Below are positions 1-12,600 of a stretch of DNA of 64,000 nt, one piece after another. The position numbers and the translations under genes were made by a program. This stretch comes from Guillardia theta CCMP2712 (lineage: Eukaryota > Protista > Cryptophyta), in NCBI RefSeq assembly GCF_000315625.1, contig NW_005434555.1, positions 1 through 64,000 of the forward strand, written 5' to 3'. A model generated the notes under the pieces. The model was not told the origin of the DNA, ran no database searches, and saw nothing but the letters and a program-made list of their open reading frames with translations. Position 1 is the first letter of the stretch; every line of letters starts with the position of its first letter.

Positions 1-14
1 CCCAAGTACCTTCT

Positions 15-3000
15 CTAAGCTCGTTGAAGACTCGTCAAAGCTGTGCAGGTTGTCGATCCCTCTACATCGCTGTAGGACCCGGAAGCACAAGGGATGCAAC
101 TTGGCCCCCAGCGCCTTGCGCCCGATGTGTTGGCAGGAGGGCTTTCATCGTAGAAGCCTGCCTGGCACTTGCACTCCCATATGTAAGAGCTGCCTGCAGC
201 AGAGACAGTGTGGGCTGGGCACTCGGCACACACTGTAGAGCCGGTACCATTGCTGTAGCTTCCCTCCGCGCAACGGCGGCAGTCCGGCCCAGCTGCAAGA
301 GAGGAAGCGATGGTAGCGTTGCTGCCCTGCGTCGACGACCTCGCTGCCGCTTCAGCATCGTAGAAGCCAGCCTCGCACACGCAGTCTGACCGAGACGAGC
401 TGCCCTGCACGGAGGTGGAGTGGATGGGGCAGGTCGCACAGCCCGTGGCGCCTCCTCCAAGATATGCCGACGAGCTCCCGCTGCAGTTCCCCCCGCACGA
501 CGCAGCTCGTGATCCATTGCTGTATGTGCCTGAAGGGCATACTGAGCACCTCTCAAGCCCCCTTTCCGGCTTGTAGTACCCCGGCGGACACATCATACAT
601 GTCGTGTATCCAGGAGATGCTGACGTCTCTTGAAACGTTTGTGAATGGTTGTCCAGGCTCGCACTGATCCCTGCTAAAAGTGTAAAGTTCCTCAGCGCCA
701 GCATATAGCCTGCATCGCATCCGCACTCGCTCGCCGAGGGGCAGCCCAAGCAGCCTCCCAGCGCTGATTTCAACCCTGATATACTGCACTCGCACGACTC
801 GACGCTTGCTGCGCCTGCCGACGACGACGAGTGCGGGGGACAGGTCGTGCAGCTTGTCGATCCGCCCATGGACGAGTAAGATCCTCCCGGACACACCGCA
901 CACTCCTCGTTGCCTGGTCCCGCCTTGTAGGTGCCTGGCTTGCACGGATCGCAGCCGTAGCGATCGAGCGGCTGCTGCCCCCTTGCGGAGATGTTGGAAG
1001 CGCTGCCAGGCGTGAAGCCTGGTAAGCATTGACATGCAGCGATGGATGTGCTCTGCGCAGGGGAGCTTTGATGGCTCCCGCAGCTCTTGCAATACGTCGC
1101 CCCGACTACGTCATTGTAGGATCCTGCTGGACACCCGTGACAGCCAGTAGATCCATTCAGACCGCTCACGAAGCCCATGGTGCACTTACAGTCGTCTACG
1201 CTGGAGGAGCCCGGTGCTGACTCCATGTCATCCGGACAGTGTTGACAGAACGTCAGCCGGCTTTCGTTGTTGTATGTACCCCCTGGACAGGCTAGGCAAG
1301 CCCCGCTCTTAGGGTCCATGTACTTGCCGCTCGTGCAACGACAATCAAGGATGCTTGCGCTGCCTGTAAGCCTCGAGGTCATGCCTTCGGGGCAAGCTGT
1401 GCAGGTTGTCGATCCCTCTACATCGCTGTAGGACCCGGAAGCACAAGGGATGCAACTTGGCCCCCAGCGCCTTGCGCCCGATGTGTTGGCAGGAGGGCTT
1501 TCATCGTAGAAGCCTGCCTGGCACTTGCACTCCCATATGTAAGAGCTGCCTGCAGCAGAGACAGTGTGGGCTGGGCACTCGGCACACACTGTAGAGCCGG
1601 TACCATTGCTGTAGCTTCCCTCCGCGCAACGGCGGCAGTCCGGCCCAGCTGCAAGAGAGGAAGCGATGGTAGCGTTGCTGCCCTGCGTCGACGACCTCGC
1701 TGCCGCTTCAGCATCGTAGAAGCCAGCCTCGCACACGCAGTCTGACCGAGACGAGCTGCCCTGCACGGAGGTGGAGTGGATGGGGCAGGTCGCACAGCCC
1801 GTGGCGCCTCCTCCAAGATATGCCGACGAGCTCCCGCTGCAGTTCCCCCCGCACGACGCAGCTCGTGATCCATTGCTGTATGTGCCTGAAGGGCATACTG
1901 AGCACCTCTCAAGCCCCCTTTCCGGCTTGTAGTACCCCGGCGGACACATCATACATGTCGTGTATCCAGGAGACGCAGTGCTTGTGCCTTGATTTCCGTA
2001 AATCTATGTCAAGGCTCGTGTTGTTATCAATACGCATATAGCCTGCATCGCATCCGCACTCGCTCGCCGAGGGGCAGCCCAAGCAGCCTCCCAGCGCTGA
2101 TTTCAACCCTGATATACTGCACTCGCACGACTCGACGCTTGCTGCGCCTGCCGACGACGACGAGTGCGGGGGACAGGTCGTGCAGCTTGTCGATCCGCCC
2201 ATGGACGAGTAAGATCCTCCCGGACACATCGCACACTCCTCGTTGCCTGGTCCCGCCTTGTAGGTGCCTGGCTTGCACGGATCGCAGCCGTAGCGATCGA
2301 GCGGCTGCTGCCCCCTTGCGGAGATGTTGGAAGCGCTGCCAGGCGTGAAGCCTGGTAAGCATTGACATGCAGCGATGGATGTGCTCTGCGCAGGGGAGCT
2401 TTGATGGCTCCCGCAGCTCTTGCAATACGTCGCCCCGACTACGTCATTGTAGGATCCTGCTGGACACCCGTGACAGCCAGTAGATCCATTCAGACCGCTC
2501 ACGAAGCCCATGGTGCACTTACAGTCGTCTACGCTGGAGGAGCCCGGTGCTGACTCCATGTCATCCGGACAGTGTTGACAGAACGTCAGCCGGCTTTCGT
2601 TGTTGTATGTACCCCCTGGACAGGCTAGGCAAGCCCCGCTCTTAGGGTCCATGTACTTGCCGCTCGTGCAACGACAATCAAGGATGCTTGCGCTGCCTGT
2701 AAGCCTCGAGGTCATGCCTTCGGGGCAAGCTGTGCAGGTTGTCGATCCCTCTACATCGCTGTAGGACCCGGAAGCACAAGGGATGCAACTTGGCCCCCAG
2801 CGCCTTGCGCCCGATGTGTTGGCAGGAGGGCTTTCATCGTAGAAGCCTGCCTGGCACTTGCACTCCCATATGTAAGAGCTGCCTGCAGCAGAGACAGTGT
2901 GGGCTGGGCACTCGGCACACACTGTAGAGCCGGTACCATTGCTGTAGCTTCCCTCCGCGCAACGGCGGCAGTCCGGCCCAGCTGCAAGAGAGGAAGCGAT

Positions 3001-6000
3001 GGTAGCGTTGCTGCCCTGCGTCGACGACCTCGCTGCCGCTTCAGCATCGTAGAAGCCAGCCTCGCACACGCAGTCTGACCGAGACGAGCTGCCCTGCACG
3101 GAGGTGGAGTGGATGGGGCAGGTCGCACAGCCCGTGGCGCCTCCTCCAAGATATGCCGACGAGCTCCCGCTGCAGTTCCCCCCGCACGACGCAGCTCGTG
3201 ATCCATTGCTGTATGTGCCTGAAGGGCATACTGAGCACCTCTCAAGCCCCCTTTCCGGCTTGTAGTACCCCGGCGGACACATCATACATGTCGTGTATCC
3301 AGGAGATGCTGACGTCTCTTGAAACGTTTGTGAATGGTTGTCCAGGCTCGCATTGATCCCTGCTAAAAGTGTAAAGTTCCTCAGCGCCAGCATATAGCCT
3401 GCATCGCATCCGCACTCGCTCGCCGAGGGGCAGCCCAAGCAGCCTCCCAGCGCTGATTTCAACCCTGATATACTGCACTCGCACGACTCGACGCTTGCTG
3501 CGCCTGCCGACGACGACGAGTGCGGGGGACAGGTCGTGCAGCTTGTCGATCCGCCCATGGACGAGTAAGATCCTCCCGGACACACCGCACACTCCTCGTT
3601 GCCTGGTCCCGCCTTGTAGGTGCCTGGCTTGCACGGATCGCAGCCGTAGCGATCGAGCGGCTGCTGCCCCCTTGCGGAGATGTTGGAAGCGCTGCCAGGC
3701 GTGAAGCCTGGTAAGCATTGACATGCAGCGATGGATGTGCTCTGCGCAGGGGAGCTTTGATGGCTCCCGCAGCTCTTGCAATACGTCGCCCCGACTACGT
3801 CATTGTAGGATCCTGCTGGACACCCTTGACAGCCAGTAGATCCATTCAGACCGCTCACGAAGCCCATGGTGCACTTACAGTCGTCTACGCTGGAGGAGCC
3901 CGGTGCTGACTCCATGTCATCCGGACAGTGTTGACAGAACGTCAGCCGGCTTTCGTTGTTGTATGTACCCCCTGGACAGGCTAGGCAAGCCCCGCTCTTA
4001 GGGTCCATGTACTTGCCGCTCGTGCAACGACAATCAAGGATGCTTGCGCTGCCTGTAAGCCTCGAGGTCATGCCTTCGGGGCAAGCTGTGCAGGTTGTCG
4101 ATCCCTCTACATCGCTGTAGGACCCGGAAGCACAAGGGATGCAACTTGGCCCCCAGCGCCTTGCGCCCGATGTGTTGGCAGGAGGGCTTTCATCGTAGAA
4201 GCCTGCCTGGCACTTGCACTCCCATATGTAAGAGCTGCCTGCAGCAGAGACAGTGTGGGCTGGGCACTCGGCACACACTGTAGAGCCGGTACCATTGCTG
4301 TAGCTTCCCTCCGCGCAACGGCGGCAGTCCGGCCCAGCTGCAAGAGAGGAAGCGATGGTAGCGTTGCTGCCCTGCGTCGACGACCTCGCTGCCGCTTCAG
4401 CATCGTAGAAGCCAGCCTCGCACACGCAGTCTGACCGAGACGAGCTGCCCTGCACGGAGGTGGAGTGGATGGGGCAGGTCGCACAGCCCGTGGCGCCTCC
4501 TCCAAGATATGCCGATGAGCTCCCGCTGCAGTTCCCCCCGCACGACGCAGCTCGTGATCCATTGCTGTATGTGCCTGAAGGGCATACTGAGCACCTCTCA
4601 AGCCCCCTTTCCGGCTTGTAGTACCCCGGCGGACACATCATACATGTCGTGTATCCAGGAGATGCTGACGTCTCTTGAAACGTTTGTGAATGGTTGTCCA
4701 GGCTCGCATTGATCCCTGCTAAAAGTGTAAAGTTCCTCAGCGCCAGCATATAGCCTGCATCGCATCCGCACTCGCTCGCCGAGGGGCAGCCCAAGCAGCC
4801 TCCCAGCGCTGATTTCAACCCTGATATACTGCACTCGCACGACTCGACGCTTGCTGCGCCTGCCGACGACGACGAGTGCGGGGGACAGGTCGTGCAGCTT
4901 GTCGATCCGCCCATGGACGAGTAAGATCCTCCCGGACACACCGCACACTCCTCGTTGCCTGGTCCCGCCTTGTAGGTGCCTGGCTTGCACGGATCGCAGC
5001 CGTAGCGATCGAGCGGCTGCTGCCCCCTTGCGGAGATGTTGGAAGCGCTGCCAGGCGTGAAGCCTAGTAAGCATTGACATGCAGCGATGGATGTGCTCTG
5101 CGCAGGGGAGCTTTGATGGCTCCCGCAGCTCTTGCAATACGTCGCCCCGACTACGTCATTGTAGGATCCTGCTGGACACCCGTGACAGCCAGTAGATCCA
5201 TTCAGACCGCTCACGAAGCCCATGGTGCACTTACAGTCGTCTACGCTGGAGGAGCCCGGTGCTGACTCCATGTCATCCGGACAGTGTTGACAGAACGTCA
5301 GCCGGCTTTCGTTGTTGTATGTACCCCCTGGACAGGCTAGGCAAGCCCCGCTCTTAGGGTCCATGTACTTGCCGCTCGTGCAACGACAATCAAGGATGCT
5401 TGCGCTGCCTGTAAGCCTCGAGGTCATGCCTTCGGGGCAAGCTGTGCAGGTTGTCGATCCCTCTACATCGCTGTAGGACCCGGAAGCACAAGGGATGCAA
5501 CTTGGCCCCCAGCGCCTTGCGCCCGATGTGTTGGCAGGAGGGCTTTCATCGTAGAAGCCTGCCTGGCACTTGCACTCCCATATGTAAGAGCTGCCTGCAG
5601 CAGAGACAGTGTGGGCTGGGCACTCGGCACACACTGTAGAGCCGGTACCATTGCTGTAGCTTCCCTCCGCGCAACGGCGGCAGTCCGGCCCAGCTGCAAG
5701 AGAGGAAGCGATGGTAGCGTTGCTGCCCTGCGTCGACGACCTCGCTGCCGCTTCAGCATCGTAGAAGCCAGCCTTGCACTCGCAAACAATACTCGATATT
5801 TTGCTCGTAAAATCCAGATGGCAAGTTTTGTTGCATGTTGAAATATTTTCAGCAAAAAGACAATCAGCAAGCGAGTCACATCGAGCACCAAAAAACCCAG
5901 AGAAGCACCTGCAAAACGATTCAAACCATGAAGCAAAACGATCCACAACCGGGCTCTCTCCTCTCGTGCTCTCCCTTCCCTCCCCGTCCTCCTTCCTGGC

Positions 6001-7912
6001 TCTCTCCTCTCCCCCGCCCTACCTGCACGAGCCGTCCCTCCCCCGACACCGCCCGTGTCCGCTGCAGTTGACCTTGGCTATGCACCCTCCCTCGCACTCG
6101 CCTCCGTATCGGTTTCTCCTGCACGCCTCGCACCTCGTCCCCGCGAGTCCTCCGTAGCACTCGCACCGCCCTTGCAAGCANNNNNNNNNNNNNNNNNNNN
6201 NNNNNNNNNNNNNNNNNNNNNNNNNNNNNNNNNNNNNNNNNNNNNNNNNNNNNNNNNNNNNNNNNNNNNNNNNNNNNNNNGCCCGCTATCCTCTCCCCCG
6301 CAGTCGGCGTCCGTCTGGCATGTTCCCTCGCGTCCTGCCGTCGCGTTCGCCGGCTCGGAGCAGTTCTGTCCCGTGTAGCCCCCGAAGCACCTGCCCACGC
6401 CCTTCCCGTCAGCCCCTCCTCTCCTCCCTCCTGTCTATCTCCCCTCTCCTACTACCATCCCCGTCTCTGCCGCCCTGCCCCTCTGCCGCCCTGCCCCTCC
6501 TGTCTCCCGGCGCCCGCTCGCCCCTCTTCTCCCCCTGGCTCTTTCCTCTCGTGCTCTCCCTTCCCTCCCCGTCCTCCCTCCCGGCTCTCTCCTCTCCCCC
6601 GCCCTACCTGCACGAGCCGTCCCATCCCCGACACCGCCCGTGTCCGCTGCAGTTGACCTTGGCTATGCACCCTCCCTCGCACTCGCCTCCGTATCGGTTT
6701 CTCCTGCACGCCTCGCACCTCGTCCCCGCGAGTCCTCCGTAGCACTCGCACCGCCCTTGCAAGCATCGCCCGCTATCCTCTCCCCCGCAGTCGGCGTCCG
6801 TCTGGCATGTTCCCTCGCGTCCTGCCGTCGCGTTCGCCGGCTCGGAGCAGTTCTGTCCCGTGTAGCCCCCGAAGCACCTGCCCACGCCCTTCCCGTCAGC
6901 CCCTCCTCTCCTCCCTCCTGTCTATCTCCCCTCTCCTACTACCATCCCCGTCTCTGCCGCCCTCCCCCTTGCCGCCCTGCCCCTCCTGTCTCCCGGCGCC
7001 CGCTCGCCCCTCTTCTCCCCCTGGCTCTTTCCTCTCGTGCTCTCCCTTGCTCCCCCGTCCTCCCTCCCGGCTCTCTCCTCTCCCCCGCCCTACCTGCACG
7101 AGCCGTCCCATCCCCGACACCGCCCGTGTCCGCTGCAGTTGACCTTGGCTATGCACCCTCCCTCGCACTCGCCTCCGTATCGGTTTCTCCTGCACGCCTC
7201 GCACCTCGTCCCCGCGAGTCCTCCGTAGCACTCGCACCGCCCTTGCAAGCATCGCCCGCTATCCTCTCCCCCGCAGTCGGCGTCCGTCTGGCATGTTCCC
7301 TCGCGTCCTGCCGTCGCGTTCGCCGGCTCGGAGCAGTTCTGTCCCGTGTAGCCCCCGAAGCACCTGCCCACGCCCTTCCCGTCAGCCCCTCCTCTCCTCC
7401 CTCCTGTCTACATCCCTCCTCCCGGCTCTCTCCTCTACCCCGCCCTACCTGCACGAGCCGTCCCATCCCCGACACCGCCCGTGTCCGCTGCAGTTGACCT
7501 TGGCTATGCACCCTCCCTCGCACTCGCCTCCGTATCGGTTTCTCCTGCACGCCTCGCACCTCGTCCCCGCGAGTCCTCCATAGCACTGGCATTGGTTGTT
7601 GAGGCATAACTGTCCTACTGTTTCATTACAGTCTTGGTCGGTATTGCATGATAAAGTATATGATCTCAATTGGAAGCGGCTGGATCGGAAATCCTTTTCG
7701 TTGGGGAGTTTTTTTCTCATGAGTGTGGTTTGTTTTAAAGAGATTATTGTTGACAGGATGGAAGTATTTGATGTTGACAAGATGGATGTGTTTGAGGTGG
7801 ACATGATGGTTGCGTTTCTGGAAGGGGGTAGGGACATTTCAGCAGAACAGGCCTGCAGCAGGAGGACGAAGACTATGCTTCCCATCGCCCTCCTGTGCTC
7901 GCGTCTTGCCAT
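15..7912 (-). CDS. Giant secreted/surface cysteine-rich protein: signal peptide, EGF/laminin-EGF-like exons, then many GCC2/GCC3 (ephrin-receptor-like/TNFR-like) Cys repeats
   Basis: ATG at 7912 gives MARREHRRAMGSIVFVLLLQACSA. EGF-like exons (C..CYGGLAGTRC..C..NCSGHGRC) are joined by gtaggg...cag introns. The last acceptor ttttgcag at 5909 opens a long exon of CxxCPxGxY...CxxCP...C-x-C repeats. Frame break near 1974-2033 and an N gap at 6181-6280. The 3' end is uncertain. Confidence 0.8.
41..5775 (-). repeat. Coding tandem array, 1356-bp (452-codon) unit, ~4.2 copies
   Basis: The anchor ctgtgcaggttgtcgatccc recurs at 41, 1397, 2730, 4086 and 5442 (spacings 1356, 1333, 1356, 1356). Units differ by only a few substitutions. 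Confidence 0.97.
5950..7580 (-). repeat. Tandem exon+intron repeat (~486-bp unit; EGF-like exon plus GA-rich intron)
   Basis: Identical 93-aa ORFs at 6604-6885 and 7090-7371 are offset by 486. Further partial copies lie at 6020-6398 and 7445-7580. Confidence 0.9.
6181..6280. other. Assembly gap (100 N)
   Basis: A run of N inside the EGF exon repeat. The flanks abut almost exactly in the repeat unit, so the true copy number is unknown. Confidence 0.99.
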
Positions 7913-8489
7913 GTCAACAACGCGGCGTATGATGTGAAATTCTAATTCAATAATGTTGGCTGAATTGCTAGTCACCTGGTAGCTTATTCGCCAGAGTCCA
8001 CCCTTCTTTGAAAAGCTTTAAATGCCACACTAATCAGTCTGTTGGCTCCTTGAAATCCTCGTGCTGAGCAGCCGGAGTTTCATAATAACACGCCATTTAC
8101 AGATGGAATAGTCAATACAAGGGGTCTTGCTGAAGAGAAATTGCATTTCTTGTGGGTAGGGGTATACCCCTACCTACCCAGCAATGGATTTCATTACCCC
8201 ACCAATATCTACTACCCTTCAAATTCCCTTGTATATTACCCGTACACATTGGTTTGCCCCCCCTGCTCCCGACCACCACCTGCACTGTTGTGACGCTTTT
8301 CAACAGTGAATGAACAACAATAACTAAAACTTTGTACGGTACTAGTACTGATTTTTAACTTAATTTTGAGTAAACTGTACGGGATTAGGCCGAGCGCGCA
8401 CGTGACGGCACTAGCTAGAGGTTATGCTGAGTCAACCGAGTCGCTGAGACTCGGACCGGGAACCGAGTTTACTCAAAGTTAACTTAAGT

Positions 8490-9045
8490 TAAAATCAGTA
8501 GGGGACAATCATTGAGTCGGGATCTTTTAAAATCAGTACGAGGACAATCATTGAGTCGGGATCTTTTAGTACGAGGACAATCATTTAAAATCAGTACGAG
8601 GACAATCATTGAGTCGGGATCTTTTAAAATCAGTACGAGGACAATCATTGAGTCGGGATCTTTTAAAATCAGTACGAGGACAATCACTGGGATCTTGTAA
8701 AATCAGTACTAGGACAATCATTGAGTCAGGATCTTGTAAAATCAGTACGAGGACAATCACTGGGATCTTGTAAAATCAGTACGAGGACAATCATTTAAAA
8801 TCAGTACGAGGACAATCATTGAGTCGGGATCTTGTAAAATCAGTACGAGGACAATCACCGTGGCACTGGGATCTTGTAAAATCAGTACGAGGACAATCAT
8901 TTAAAATCAGCACGAGGACAATCCGATCATTGACTCAGGATCTTGTAAAATCAGTACGAGGACAATCATTTAAAATCAGTACGAGGACAATCATTTAAAA
9001 TCAGTACGAGGACAATCATTTAAAATCAGTACGAGGACAATCACT
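8490..9045 (+). repeat. Modular minisatellite, core AAAATCAGTACGAGGACAATCA, ~17 copies with variable linkers
   Basis: The 22-nt core is followed by ttt, ttgagtcgggatcttt, ctgggatcttgt or variants of these. Confidence 0.95.
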
Positions 9046-9675
9046 GAGTCACCGTACCGTACATCTCGGGCCTTCCGAGGCTGCAGTGCCTCGAGAAGCC
9101 GCGGCGTCTCAGTGAACGCCGAGACCAAGGTCTGCTCGGGCAACTGGTGGATGCCGGGCACTGACGTGCAGGACTCCTGTGTTGGCTCCAACACTGTGAC
9201 AGCAACATACCTCTTCGGGCTATGGTTTCCCTGCTGTTCAAGAAATCAGCTGCCTTTCCTTGTTCATAACTTCTTATGGGCAACGTTTCATGAGGCAATG
9301 CTGAATTGAGAGTTCTTGCAGATATTTGATTCAGAGGAGACAACAGAGTAGAGGAGACATCTGAGCGATGCTCAATTCAGCAGAGGGAATGGTGAAATGC
9401 CATTGATGAATCAAACTATCGGAAAGATTTCGGGAACGCCTCAAATGTGGTGAATCTCGTGTCGTCTTTCTTGGTTCCTGATCAGACCCAGCTTATTGAC
9501 AGAATCCCAACCCCTCAAGCTAAGGCAGGTACAACTCTTGCGAGAATGACGTCTAAGGCAAGGATTTGCACCCTGCTCAGATACAAAGAAATATGTTTCA
9601 TGGGGCCACTCTCAGTTGCCAAGCAGAAAGACACGCTGAGTACCGTAAGTTACAACATTAGCTTCGTTTCCTTCA

Positions 9676-12600
9676 TTACAATTCAGCAAAAGCGGACGAC
9701 AGCTGAAGTCCAAGAGTCTCTGCCACGCCCTTAAGTCCCTGTGATAGTCATTCAGTTCCCTCCCTCTCTGCTGACATCGGCTCACCCCGTACTTGGATCG
9801 CACTGCATCGGCCAGACCCCGGAAGCCAGACGCTCGCATGGCAGCATAGGATGGCATCGTGTCTGGTGAGCAGAGAGCCTCTGCCAGCTCGAGCACCTGT
9901 ATCCAGCGCGTGAGATGCTTGCCATGCATGGAGAAAGAGTGCGTGAGATGCTGATAATTGTTATGCGTGGAGAGACAGTGCGTGAGGATCCAGAAAACAA
10001 GAGAAAATTGCCTAAAGAGACAAGAAGAAAGAAGAAGAGGAGAAGAATGAGGTACCGCTTGGCGAACGTGACTGAACTTGTTCCAGTGCGACGGATCGTT
10101 GACAACGCCATGACCTATGGCAGCGCTCCGAGTGGAATGATGGATCTACGAGTTCTTCTGTCAGCTCCTTGAGATGCTTGCAGAAGCATCACCTGCATCG
10201 ACAGCCTCGTTGCCACCGCCTCGATCCCCCCGTGATAGTGCATGACGGCGTCAGCAACCTACTGCAGATCAGGGCAACCAGGACGCGCGAGCCCAACTCA
10301 CTCCGCTCATCCCTGCCGCCCTCAGATCCGCTTCTGATGGCATGCAACCATGTCTCCCCCGCTGAAGAAACAACCCTCACACTCTGACCAGGCAAAAGGT
10401 GACAGGATGAGGAGATATGACAAAGGGAGAGTGAAGGAAGAGACTGCACCTGTGCCGCAAGCCACTCGGCTGCTTCTTCGACGAGACTGATGTCCTCATA
10501 CTTCCTGAAGTCTTTGCCTGTGAGACGAGGAGGAGGAGGATGATAGTTGGCGCTGCTGGGACGATGAGTGCTTTGCGTTCGAGTCCTCCTCTCCTCATCC
10601 CAGAAAGGTTTTCCCCCGCCGTCAGCATGCGACGACTGAAGGTTGGAATTTCTGCTCCTCACCAGCGCCCCTGCAAGGTTTCCCGCAACTGCCTGCCCTC
10701 CCAAGGCCAAGGATCCTCCGTCCGGTCGCCCCCCCGCTCGTCTCCTTGGCTTCCCAGCTGCAGGACGGAATTCATCATACACCATCCGGGGGCGGGCCGA
10801 GCTGCCACGCAGCTGGGCTGTCTGCTGGCGGAAGACATCCATTTGCTGATGGAGCTGCCCCTGCAAGGTATGGGCATCGCCGTATACCCGGACCTGAGAA
10901 GAGACAGTCCTAGCGTCCACGTTGGAGAGCTTCGCCACTGATTGCATCCCTGCTGTCACCTCCGCACTGGCTGCCTTTACCTTGAGTTACTTTCTGAAGC
11001 GAGACAGGGGCAGGCAACAGTGGATTCGAGCAAGAAAAGAGGCGCAGATAGATGGAGAGATCAGAGTGAGAAGCAGTGGAGTGAGACACGCAGAACAGAC
11101 GATTTGAGATGAGGGATCGCGAGAGTCGGTGCTCAGGAGGAATCTTGTTACCTGCAATGAATTTCGCAGTCTTTCAAGCTCAGAGTGCAGGATGTCTCTT
11201 TCTTCTCTCAGCGTTGCTATTGCATGCTCACTCCGAGCTACCGCATCTTCCAGCTGCATCCTTAAACTTGCCACCTCAGATTTATAACCTTGCGCCTCCC
11301 CATGGAACCTGTATAATCCTCAGTCATACTGAAACACTTTTCTCCTTCCGGTCCTCCTCGTCCTTCACCTCCACTTACTTCTCTGCTCTTCCCTCCGACT
11401 CTCCCAACTTGATGTTCAGCTGCTGCACATCTGCCTCGAGCCGCTTGTTGATTGCCTTGCATGCCTCCGTCTCCGCCTTCATCTCTTCATACTTGGGTCG
11501 CAAAATCTCAAGCTCCCTAATGAATTAGTGATGCGTCAATGAAAGATCAGTGAGTACTAAAACTGGAAGGAGATGGGGAGGGGGTCAATGAAAGAAAAAA
11601 AGAAGGATAGAGAAACAGGAGGGTGGGAAGTAGAATCGAGATGGATGAAAGAGAAGAGGCAAAATTTGAAGGGAAGAGCGAGACGAGCGAAAATTTGGAG
11701 GACCCAGGTAAGAGGAAGAGGCGAGGAGGAGCACAATAGAGAAGCGAACCGAAGAATGCGGTCTCTTTCATCTTGGATCTGCTTGAAGCCATTGGCTGAA
11801 TTGTTTCCATTCATCCCGGCGCTTTTTAAGGCAACAAGCTCGTATCGCATCCTCTCGTAGTCCTTCTTCATCGCTTCTAGGTCCTTCATCGAGTCTCGCA
11901 GCACCTCCAGCTCCTTCTGTAGTTTCTCGTTCTCGTTCATGTACATCTTTCCACGTGACTCTGACTGTTTAAAATTTCAGCTCGTGCACTCGAATTGCCC
12001 GATTGCCCCCCTTCAATCGGTCTTCCCCATGTTGCCCACTTCCTCCCTCCCCTGCCTCTGCTCCCCTCCTCCCTCCTTCCTATCTCTCTTCTATCCCTCA
12101 CCTCCCCGTAAGCCTTTCGCAAGTCGTTGATGGTTGTTTCAAAGGTGTCGGTGCTCTCGTGCAGGCTTCGTAGCGTCTCGTCCTTCTTCTTTCTCGCGTC
12201 ATCGAGTTGAATCTGAAGTGACTTCACTTCCGCCAGCGCCTGCCAGCCCCATGTCAGTGGAGAGAAAGCTCTTCTGAACATACGTGCCTCCTCTCCTCGC
12301 ATCTTCCACTCCTCCTCTGATCGTCGGCATTGGCGAACTTCGACTAACAACGTGGAGGACTGTTTCTCGAGTCTCTGTACCGCTGCTGTTTGTACAGCAA
12401 GAGAAGCCTCCGCGCTGCTCAGAGTCTTTCCCAGCTCATCTCTCTCCTCCTCCAGCCGCTCAACAGTCTTGTGAAGCTGGTCGATTTTCTCTTTACGTGA
12501 GCTAATCTCGTCCTCCATCCTAGTTCTAATGGCAAGTATTTCTCTCTTCCACGAGTTCTCTTTCTCTTCCCAGCTCTCGAGCGCCCTGTAGCCGTCTCTA

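Noticed and set aside
24-5841. Many repeated alternative-frame and plus-strand ORFs over the array
   Set aside because: Shadow ORFs of a GC-rich coding repeat. Only the Cys-repeat frame has a recognisable pattern.
8490-9045. CRISPR-like repeat/spacer look
   Set aside because: The linkers are 3-20 nt variants of one another rather than unique spacers, there are no cas genes, and the context is eukaryotic.
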